DNA from: an uncultured delta proteobacterium
GTDB lineage: Bacteria > Myxococcota_A > Polyangia > Fen-1088
Direction: 5' to 3'
Assembly: GCA_963755125.1 (NCBI GenBank)
Contig: CAVWIP010000015.1
Location: 128,001-192,000 of the forward strand
Length of the DNA: 64,000 nt
Of the stretch, positions 19,830 through 27,760 are shown one piece after another; the first letter of the stretch is position 1; each line of letters opens with the position of its first letter. The notes under the pieces are model-generated. The model was given only the letters and a program-made list of their open reading frames with translations. It was not told where the DNA came from and did no database searches. A program made the translations under genes and the position numbers.

Positions 19830-20587
19830 CGCCCACCCCCGAAGAAACGAGACGGCGCCGCCGTGCCCAAGCCCGTCCGTCCTTGATCTTCCTCTTGAGA
19901 CACAGACTTGTGGACGGAAGCCAAGGCTTTGTTCAGATACCGCTTTATCGTGGCCAGCGAGATGTCCAGGCCCAGAGCGATCTCCTGCAACTCCATGCCA
20001 TCCACATATCGGAGAACGAACACGGCCCTGTACTTGTCGCGCATCCGATCCAGCATCCGCTGGACGGACAACAGCGTCTCGCGCATCTCAAAATCGGCCG
20101 GTGACGACGATGAGACCATCGCAGAATCCTGCCGCTCAGCCACGATCCGACGGCGCATGCGCAAACGGCGGATCTCCTCACTCAGCACGCGCACCGCCAC
20201 GGAATACACGAAGCTGCGAAGGGCCGATGCTTTTTCCAGCGTATGTAGCCTGCGGAAAACCCTGAGGAACACCTCCTGGGTCAGATCGTCATGGTCGTGG
20301 CGCGGGCCGAGTGCCCGGCGAAAAAGGCCATACACCATCTGCGCGAAACGGAACCAGATCTCGCGTTGGGCCCAGACCTGGCCTACCAGGGCTGCCCGGG
20401 CCAAGATGGCGTCGTCGGTATCGGCACCCACGCGCTCGTCTCGCCCAGCGGCACCCGTGGTCCGTTCGTTGACGGACAGCGACACAGGACCGGAACCGCC
20501 ATCGTGAATGGTCCGATCAGCCACAGACCCTATGGTACCAGTATGCCAGGTTAGGGGCCACACGTTGCGTTGGGTTCCTACAGCCAC
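19826..20587 (-). CDS. ECF RNA polymerase sigma factor
   Basis: DDLTQEVFLRVF, LRSFVYSVAVR, RAVFVLRYVDGMELQEIA.LDISLATIKR; start uncertain. Confidence 0.92.
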   Translation of the reverse strand: MAVGTQRNVWPLTWHTGTIGSVADRTIHDGGSGPVSLSVNERTTGAAGRDERVGADTDDAILARAALVGQVWAQREIWFRFAQMVYGLFRRALGPRHDHDDLTQEVFLRVFRRLHTLEKASALRSFVYSVAVRVLSEEIRRLRMRRRIVAERQDSAMVSSSSPADFEMRETLLSVQRMLDRMRDKYRAVFVLRYVDGMELQEIALGLDISLATIKRYLNKALASVHKSVSQEEDQGRTGLGTAAPSRFFGGGR

Positions 20588-20797
20588 AGGAGTCTTCTTT
20601 CATACCGCAGTGTCGCGATGGCGCTTTAGCGGCTCACGAAGTCTCGGGCTGCAGGGCTTCTTGGGCGCGGACCTGCGATGAGATCTTTTTTGAGCCATCG
20701 GACTTCGGCTGGCCACTGGACAGCTTCAACAATTTCACCTTTGCCATTGCCATGATACGTGAGAACGGATACATATCGTTCCAATGAAAATAGTCAG

Positions 20798-20871
20798 CGC
20801 GCCCGGAGGGAATCGAACCCCCAGCCCTCGGCTTAGAAGGCCGATGCTCTATCCACTTGAGCTACGGGCGC
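20798..20871 (-). tRNA. tRNA-Arg (anticodon TCT)
   Basis: Cloverleaf GCGCCCG-TA-GCTC/GAGC-TCGGC CT TCT AA GCCGA-GGGGG TTCGATT CCCTC-CGGGCGC-G; CCA not encoded. Confidence 0.96.
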
Positions 20872-20967
20872 CCGGGGAGAAAAGTATCATGCCGGCTCGC
20901 CCGCCGCACGCCGGGGCGGCCCTGCTCTTGACCGTCGTCGGCGGTCGCGGCGTTGTATGCTGGGGCC

Positions 20968-21945
20968 ATGCCGCCCCTGGTCAGTTGGCGCTCCGGCCTG
21001 CATTGCGGATTGCTGTGCCTGGTCTTCGCGACCGGCTGTCGGAGATCCGCGGCCGAGGTCGCGGTCTTCTACGCTACCAGCTTGACCGCCGTGCTGGGGG
21101 ACGCGGTGGACAAGTTCCAACGCGACAACCCGCGCGTTCGTGTTCGGCTGGACCCGAGCGGCTCCCAGGTTGCCGCGCGCAAGGTGGTCGAGCTGGGCAT
21201 GCGCGCTGACATCGTCGCAGTCGCGGACGCCGGGATCATCGACAAGATGATGATTCCGCGGCACGCGAGCTGGAACGTCGTGTTTGCGACCAACGAGATC
21301 GTGCTGGCCCACAAGGACCACAGCAAGTTTACCGACGAGGTGACGACCCAGAATTGGCCGAGCGTTCTGACCCGGCCGGGGGTGCGCCTGGGCCGGGCCA
21401 ATCCTGACACTGCACCGGTGGGGTACAACACGCTCCTGGTCTGGCAGCTTGCCGAGAACTCGGGAAGCTATGGCGACGCCGGCGTGAACTTGTCGGCCCG
21501 GCTTGTCGGCCAATGCGCGAAGGAACAGGTGACCCACGACGAGGCCGAGCTGCTGACCCTCCTGGAAGCCCGCGCTGTCGACTATGCGTTCTTGTTCCGT
21601 TCCACGGCCGAGGATCATCACCTGAAGATCACCGCACTGCCAGCGGACCAGAATCTGTCGCAGCCCGAACTGGCCGAGCACTATGCCAGCGCCAGCGTCG
21701 AGGTTCGCATGAAGCAGGGCGAAGGCAAGACGCGCATCACCGGCGGGCCGATCACATATGGTCTCACCATTCCCGCGGGCGCCCCTCACGCCGCCGAGGC
21801 GCGCGCTTTCGTCGCCATGTTGCTGGGCGAGGGCGGTCAGCGCCTCCTGCAGAGACGCGGCTTCCGTCCGGCCAAGCCGGCATGGTGCAGTCCCTGCACT
21901 GCGCTTCCCGAGGAGCTGAGATCCCTCGTGGTGCCCAAACCTTGA
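20968..21945 (+). CDS. WtpA-like tungstate/molybdate ABC transporter substrate-binding lipoprotein
   Basis: ATGC lipobox; SGSQVAARK, ADIVAVAD, W...FATNEIV, DYAFLFRSTA, I.G.PITYGLTIP. Confidence 0.85.
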   Translation: MPPLVSWRSGLHCGLLCLVFATGCRRSAAEVAVFYATSLTAVLGDAVDKFQRDNPRVRVRLDPSGSQVAARKVVELGMRADIVAVADAGIIDKMMIPRHASWNVVFATNEIVLAHKDHSKFTDEVTTQNWPSVLTRPGVRLGRANPDTAPVGYNTLLVWQLAENSGSYGDAGVNLSARLVGQCAKEQVTHDEAELLTLLEARAVDYAFLFRSTAEDHHLKITALPADQNLSQPELAEHYASASVEVRMKQGEGKTRITGGPITYGLTIPAGAPHAAEARAFVAMLLGEGGQRLLQRRGFRPAKPAWCSPCTALPEELRSLVVPKP

Positions 21946-23168
21946 AGTTGGCAGCCAAACAGATCGCGGCCGCCATCGTGGCGCTGGCGGCGATCCACGT
22001 CGGGTTGGGTTTGCTGCCCGATCCGCCCTTCTCGCTGCCCATGAACGCGGTGCTGTTCTTCACCAACCTCTTCGTGTTTCACGCGGCGGCCGCGACCCTG
22101 GCCCGACGCTCGGCGCGCACGGTGGGGCTTTTCCTGGTCGGCTACTTCGTTCTCTTCCTGCTCGTGCTGGTCCTGCTCGGCAAGACGCCGCTCTTCATTC
22201 TGCTGGTGGTGGCTTACGCCAGCCTGTTCGCCTCGCCGGTCTTGCTCGGGTTCTTCGCCATCTTCGTGCTGTCGTTCGTGCTCCTGCAGCCCTATGCCTT
22301 CGAGACTTTCATTCCACTCGCCCTCATCTACAGCACCCTGTGGCGCGTGCGCCGGGTTACCTCGCGCTTCGTCCGTCTCTGTCTGGGCGGCGGTCTGGTG
22401 GCCTTCGGCATCGTGCTGTTCCCGCTCATCCATCTGGCGACCGAGGACTCTTTGCAGACGCTGTGGCGCACCTTCGTCCGTCCCGAGGTGCGCGACGCCC
22501 TGTGGATGAGCCTGGCGTCGTCCACCCTGGCCACGCTGCTGGTGGGGCTGTGGGGCATTCCGCTCGCCTACGCCCTGGCGCGCGTGGACTTCCCGGGCAA
22601 GCGCTGGGTGGAGTCGCTGGTGGACGTGCCCATCCTGGTGCCGCAGTCAGTGGCCGGGGTGGCGCTCATCGTGCTGCTCGGCCCAGGCAGCATCTTGGGC
22701 GAGGTGCTGGAATCCTGGCACTTGCCCATCTCGGGATCGCTCGCGGGCGTGGTCATAGCCCAGGTCTTCGTGGCCTCGCCCTTCCTCATCAAGACGACCA
22801 TGACGGCCTTTGAATCGGTGCCTCTGCGCCTGGAACTGGCCTCGCGCAGCCTGGGCGCCTCGTCGGCCGCGACCTTCTGGCGCATCTCGCTGCCCCTGGC
22901 CTCGCGCGGGATCCTGGTCGGCGCCACCCTGGCCTGGGCGCGCGCCATCAGCGAGTTCGGCTGCATCGTTCTGTTCGCCAGCTCGCCGGTCACCGCGCCG
23001 GTGCTGGTGCACACGGAGTTTTTGCGCGCGGGCGTCTCGGAGAGCCGGCCCATTGCCGTGCTGCTGCTGGTGATCTGCCTGTGGGTATTCGTCATGTTGC
23101 AATTCGGGCAGACCCTGATGCCCTTTGCCCTACGGCGGCCACGGCCACGCCAGGAGCGCCGACCGTGA
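21942..23168 (+). CDS. WtpB/ModB-like ABC permease with extra N-terminal TM region
   Basis: GIPLAYALAR.DFPGK..VESLVDVPILVP, ASRSLGAS, WARAISEFG; TTG start inferred from overlap. Confidence 0.88.
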   Translation: MKLAAKQIAAAIVALAAIHVGLGLLPDPPFSLPMNAVLFFTNLFVFHAAAATLARRSARTVGLFLVGYFVLFLLVLVLLGKTPLFILLVVAYASLFASPVLLGFFAIFVLSFVLLQPYAFETFIPLALIYSTLWRVRRVTSRFVRLCLGGGLVAFGIVLFPLIHLATEDSLQTLWRTFVRPEVRDALWMSLASSTLATLLVGLWGIPLAYALARVDFPGKRWVESLVDVPILVPQSVAGVALIVLLGPGSILGEVLESWHLPISGSLAGVVIAQVFVASPFLIKTTMTAFESVPLRLELASRSLGASSAATFWRISLPLASRGILVGATLAWARAISEFGCIVLFASSPVTAPVLVHTEFLRAGVSESRPIAVLLLVICLWVFVMLQFGQTLMPFALRRPRPRQERRP

Positions 23169-23965
23169 TCGAAGTCCAGCACCTCGGTTGCCGCTTCGGC
23201 GATTTCGCCCTCGACGACGTGTCCCTGCGCATCGGAAAGGGGGAGTACTGGGTGCTGCTCGGCCCCAGCGGCTGCGGCAAGTCGGTGCTGCTGCAGACCA
23301 TTGCCGGATTTTTTCAGCCGTCGGCCGGTCGGATCTTGGTGGACGGTCGCGACGTCACGGCGCAGGCGCCCGAGCAGCGGAACATCGGTCTCGTGTTCCA
23401 GCAGGCGGCGCTGTTCCCGCACCTTTCTGTGCGCAGCAACATCGAATACGGCCTGCGCGCCCGCCGGGTGCCCGAAGTCGAAGCCCGTCGCACCGTCGAC
23501 GAGTTGATCGAACGTCTGGGTTTGGCCGCGGTTCTCCCCCGGCCGGTCGCCACCCTGAGCGGCGGCGAGGCGCAACGGGTGGCCATCGCGCGCGCGCTGG
23601 CCGTGCGGCCGGTGCTTCTCTTGCTGGATGAGCCGCTGAGTTCACTCGACCACAACTCGAGGCTGGAACTGCAGAACGAGCTGGCCCACTGGCACAAGGA
23701 ACTTAATCTCACCACGCTGCACGTGACCCACAGCCGTGACGAGGCGGCGTCGCTGGGCGATTTTTTGGCAGTGATGCTGGGTGGACGCCTCGTCCAGGCC
23801 GGCACGCTGGCTGAATTGCGCGAGAAGCCGCGCTGTCCCTTCGTCGCGCACTTCCTCGGGCTGGCCCCGTCGTCGGCGCTTTCCCGGCCGCCTTGCGCCG
23901 CGGCCTGCCTTGACGAGCCGGGGTGTTCTGTCTGCGAACCGCTCGACGAAAAAGGCGAGGGATAA
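23165..23965 (+). CDS. ABC transporter ATP-binding protein (WtpC/ModC-like)
   Basis: GPSGCGKS, LSGGEAQRVAIARAL, LLLDEP, HVTH. Confidence 0.92.
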   Translation: MIEVQHLGCRFGDFALDDVSLRIGKGEYWVLLGPSGCGKSVLLQTIAGFFQPSAGRILVDGRDVTAQAPEQRNIGLVFQQAALFPHLSVRSNIEYGLRARRVPEVEARRTVDELIERLGLAAVLPRPVATLSGGEAQRVAIARALAVRPVLLLLDEPLSSLDHNSRLELQNELAHWHKELNLTTLHVTHSRDEAASLGDFLAVMLGGRLVQAGTLAELREKPRCPFVAHFLGLAPSSALSRPPCAAACLDEPGCSVCEPLDEKGEG

Positions 23966-24051
23966 CTATACGCGAGGGTACCGACACGGCCCGGGCGTGT
24001 CAGACTTGCTGTCACTCGATCGCTTCGTGACGCCAGCCCTTTCGCAGCACC

Positions 24052-25095
24052 ATGCAGCCTGAACGTTCCCCGCTTGGCAAGATCTTCGATGTCCCTTTCC
24101 TATCGCTGGACGGGACCAGCGTGGAGATGGCGTCGCTCATCTTTCTCTTTCTCGTCGTGATCGCCATTAGCGGCGTCCAGCGCCGACGCCAGTTTGTCCG
24201 CAGGATTGTGCAGGCAGGATCCTTCTTCGTCTTCTTCTACGTCGTGTACTCGTGCCTGGGCGTCTTCGGAATGATTCGCAACGGCCTCTACGGGATGACC
24301 TTGCTCGGTTCGGCCTACTCCGAGTCGTTCTACTGGCTGGCCCTGCCGGTCGTGATCATCTCGGTCACTCTGCTGCACGGACCGGTCTTCTGCGGCTGGA
24401 TCTGCCCCACTGGTGCCGTGCAGGATCTCGCGGGCTGGCTGCGCAAACGGTTTCTCCGTCGCCAGGAACGACTCACCCGCGGAAAGCTGATTGGTCTGAC
24501 CGTGTTAGTGGCGGGTTTTCTCGTGCTGCTGATTTGGGTTGGGTCAAAGAAGGAGTTGTTGGTCGAGGACTCGAGTGTGCACTGGGCGGCCATGCTGATC
24601 CTGCTTTGCTACGTGGTGCTCGCCGGCGTCGTCGACGATCAGCCCTCGCGCAAGCTGCGCCTTTTCAGCCTGGCGGCCATTTTTCTTACGGCGGTGTCGC
24701 ACTTGGTGGTGACCTCGCCGGTGCATTTCGCCTTCACCGCGCGCGATGACAAGGCGTCCGCGCTCACCACCCTGGTGATCCTGGTGTCGGCAATCTTCGT
24801 TCTGCGTCCCTGGTGCCGGTATCTGTGTCCCTGGGGCTACCTGACGGGCTTTCTTCATCGCTTTTCGCGTCTGCACATCCAGAAAGCGCCGGCCCGTTGC
24901 ACGGAATGCGGCGTGTGCAACACGACCTGCGATGTGGCTGCGATCAAGAATGGAGTGGTTCGCCTGGATCAATGCCAGTTCTGCTATTCGTGTGTGGATC
25001 ATTGTCCCAATGGCGGCCTGCGCGTGGTCGACATGTGGAGCCAGCAAGGTGAGACGTCCGCACTTCCAGCGAAGAAGGCGGAGGATCGCGCGTGA
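24052..25095 (+). CDS. membrane-bound 4Fe-4S binding protein (NapH/NosR-like)
   Basis: FCGWICP, WCRYLCP, CxxCxxCxxxC, CxxCxxCxxxCP; multiple TM helices. Confidence 0.88.
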   Translation: MQPERSPLGKIFDVPFLSLDGTSVEMASLIFLFLVVIAISGVQRRRQFVRRIVQAGSFFVFFYVVYSCLGVFGMIRNGLYGMTLLGSAYSESFYWLALPVVIISVTLLHGPVFCGWICPTGAVQDLAGWLRKRFLRRQERLTRGKLIGLTVLVAGFLVLLIWVGSKKELLVEDSSVHWAAMLILLCYVVLAGVVDDQPSRKLRLFSLAAIFLTAVSHLVVTSPVHFAFTARDDKASALTTLVILVSAIFVLRPWCRYLCPWGYLTGFLHRFSRLHIQKAPARCTECGVCNTTCDVAAIKNGVVRLDQCQFCYSCVDHCPNGGLRVVDMWSQQGETSALPAKKAEDRA

Positions 25096-26579
25096 GGAGT
25101 GCCGGTAGGCTCGGGCAACCATCACTCGTGGTCATGAGTGGGGCCGTCCTCGCCGTCGTCCTGTCGCTCGCTGCGCGGCGAGTGCAGGCTTGCTCGCTGT
25201 GGTCGCAGAGCCGGTGTGACGCCCAAAACACCGCAGCCATTGAACTGGACGCGCCGGCGAGCGAGCCGCCTCGCGCGTGGAGCTTCGACGGCAGCGGCCG
25301 CGTGTGGGGCTACGAGCCGGGCATGACCGTGTGGTCGTCGCCTGCCTTGGCCTCGGTCGAGGGACGGGCCTTACTGGCCGTGGGCAACTACGACCACACC
25401 CTGTACGCGCTCGACGCGGCCACAGGCGAGCGGCTGTGGACCTTCACCACCGGCGGGCCGGTGTACGCCGCGCCCGTGTTCTTCCGCGAGGGCAACCGAA
25501 CGCTTTTGGTTGCGGCCTCGACCGATCGCCTAGTCTACGCCATCGATGCCGCCACCGGCCGGCAAGCCTGGGTCCATTCGGTCGAGGACTACCGACCCAC
25601 CCTGGGCGGCGCCCGGCTGGCCGCGCCCTGCGTGGGCGGAACCGGGGACAGCGACAACGCGGTCTTCGTGGCCTACTGGGTTTGGGATCGCTCCCTGGCC
25701 AACAGTCTGCAGAAGAGCGGCGTGCTGGCCCTCACCCTGGCCGAGGGCAAGCCGCTTTGGCGTCAGGAACTGGGTGACAATGATCTCAGCGCCCCAATCT
25801 TCGTGCGCACCGCCGGCCACGGGCAGCTCTTTCTCGGCTCGGCCAATGGCAATGTCTACGCCGTGGACGCCGCGACCGGTGCTGTGCAATGGAAGAAGAC
25901 CGAACTCGACGCGGTTCGCAGCCCGCCTGCGTTCTTCGTTTCGTCGTCCGGGCCGCTGGTGGTGACGGGTTCCAAGTACGGCACGGTCCGTGGCCTCGAC
26001 GCGGTCACTGGCGCCGAGCGCTGGAACTACAAGACCGGCGATCGCATCACCGGTTCGCCAGCCATTCTGGTCGAGGGGGGCTCGGCGCGCGCGTTCGTCG
26101 GTTCCTACGATCGCTCCTTGCACGCCCTCGATGCCTCCAATGGCTCGCCCATCTGGCGCTTGGCTGCCCGCGGCGGCCTGTATTCGTCGCCTGCTCTGGT
26201 GGATTCAAGCGGAGAAGCGATGGTCCTCGTCCTGGGATGGGACCACATGTTGCACGCTGCCGCGCTGAAGACCGGCGAGACGCTCTTCTCCGCCTTCACC
26301 GGCCGGCCGCTGTGGAACGTCGCCGGGATGGATGACAGCAACTGGTCGTCGCCGGTGGCCGGACGCATCCTCGACCGGTGGATGGCCTTTGTGGGCAGCT
26401 ACGACGGCACCCTGCGCGCCCTGCCGCTCGGCGAGGCCGAGCGCGCGGCGCCTGTGCTTCGCTCCAACCTCTGGTTCTGGCTGTCCTTCCCCTTGGTGCT
26501 GATTCCGTTCCTGGCGCTCACCGTCGGGCTCACTGCCCGCGAGCGACGGCGGCAGCGGCGGATTACTCCAACTCGGTAG
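25092..26579 (+). CDS. PQQ/BamB-like beta-propeller repeat protein, membrane anchored
   Basis: Repeated S.P...GS.D..LYALDA.TG...W motifs; C-terminal TM helix followed by basic tail. Confidence 0.85.
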   Translation: MRSAGRLGQPSLVVMSGAVLAVVLSLAARRVQACSLWSQSRCDAQNTAAIELDAPASEPPRAWSFDGSGRVWGYEPGMTVWSSPALASVEGRALLAVGNYDHTLYALDAATGERLWTFTTGGPVYAAPVFFREGNRTLLVAASTDRLVYAIDAATGRQAWVHSVEDYRPTLGGARLAAPCVGGTGDSDNAVFVAYWVWDRSLANSLQKSGVLALTLAEGKPLWRQELGDNDLSAPIFVRTAGHGQLFLGSANGNVYAVDAATGAVQWKKTELDAVRSPPAFFVSSSGPLVVTGSKYGTVRGLDAVTGAERWNYKTGDRITGSPAILVEGGSARAFVGSYDRSLHALDASNGSPIWRLAARGGLYSSPALVDSSGEAMVLVLGWDHMLHAAALKTGETLFSAFTGRPLWNVAGMDDSNWSSPVAGRILDRWMAFVGSYDGTLRALPLGEAERAAPVLRSNLWFWLSFPLVLIPFLALTVGLTARERRRQRRITPTR

Positions 26580-27690
26580 CGGACTTTCTTCGCTTTCGCA
26601 GGACGACGAACCAGGCCGCGAGCACGAGCAGGGGAACGGCGAGATAGGCCAGGTAGTGCAGCCGCGAAGGTGCCCGCCTCAGGCTCCCCTTGGCAAGCTG
26701 GATCATGCCGCTGTCCTCGGGGATCGCGCGTTTTTCGTTGTTGATTCTGAAGTCGAAGTCTACCAGGTGCGTGCCGGCCACCGAGGTCGAGAGAAAGATG
26801 GGATGCTGTCCCTCGGACGCATCGGTTGACCGGACGAACGTCAGGATGAAGTCCGCCAACTCGCCGGGCTGCAAGCTGGGCAACTGCGCCGGCGTGACGT
26901 TTATGCTGCATGCCGGGCTGTGTGCGGAGAGAACGAAGTCGTCCATCGGCCGTGTCGAGGTGTTCATCAGCGTGACCCGGGCCTGCGCGATGAGCCCGCG
27001 CAGACGGGCCAGCATGGGACCCTGAACCGCGAGTCCCACTTTTTCCGTGGTGTCCACCGCCGCGATCTCCATGGCCGTGCGCCCTTGGGGCGTACGGATG
27101 CGGATATCCGCGCGGCGATCGATCAGCGCCTTTGCCACGCTGCCCTGTCGGGCCGTGTGAAGCGGCGTCCTGCCCCGATCGTCGAGGACGTTGACGTCTG
27201 CGCCGGCGGTGACCAGCACGGCAACGACCTTGTCGTCGCCGGCCATGTGCAAGGGGGTCATTCCGTAGGCGTTGCGCGCGTCGGTGCGAGCCCCGCGACG
27301 AGTGAGCAGACCCGCGACCTCCGCGCGCCCTCTCATCGCGGCCCAGTGGAGTGGCGTCATGCCAAAACGCGCACGGGCGTTGGGATCAGCGCCCCGGTCT
27401 AGCAGCAGGGCTGCAACGTTGGTCCACCCGCCCGTAGCAGCGAAATGCAGGGCGGTCCAGTCTGATTCGGCCTTGCTGTCGACGGGCGCACCCCCTGCCA
27501 GCAGGGCGCGCACAGCGTCGAGGCGTCCCGCAGCCGCGGCTTGTGTCAAAGCTGAAGCAGGGGCTGCGCCGTCTGCCGTGGTTGCGTGCCCTGATGTGAT
27601 CCCATGTAGGAAGAAAAGTGCGACTAGGAAGATAAATGAGCCGGCTTTTGCGTGGATTCGCACTACAGTAATGTCAACCTTACCTGACAT
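26563..27690 (-). CDS. secreted ankyrin-repeat protein with C-terminal TM anchor
   Basis: TALHFAA, TPLHWAA, TPLHMA, TPLHTA repeats; N-terminal hydrophobic segment; start uncertain. Confidence 0.85.
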   Translation of the reverse strand: MSGKVDITVVRIHAKAGSFIFLVALFFLHGITSGHATTADGAAPASALTQAAAAGRLDAVRALLAGGAPVDSKAESDWTALHFAATGGWTNVAALLLDRGADPNARARFGMTPLHWAAMRGRAEVAGLLTRRGARTDARNAYGMTPLHMAGDDKVVAVLVTAGADVNVLDDRGRTPLHTARQGSVAKALIDRRADIRIRTPQGRTAMEIAAVDTTEKVGLAVQGPMLARLRGLIAQARVTLMNTSTRPMDDFVLSAHSPACSINVTPAQLPSLQPGELADFILTFVRSTDASEGQHPIFLSTSVAGTHLVDFDFRINNEKRAIPEDSGMIQLAKGSLRRAPSRLHYLAYLAVPLLVLAAWFVVLRKRRKSATELE

Positions 27691-27760
27691 CGACCGCCCT
27701 AGCGAGATGTGAATTGGACGCGATGACCAGAGAGACACCCCCTTTGAAGGAGTTTTGGGT

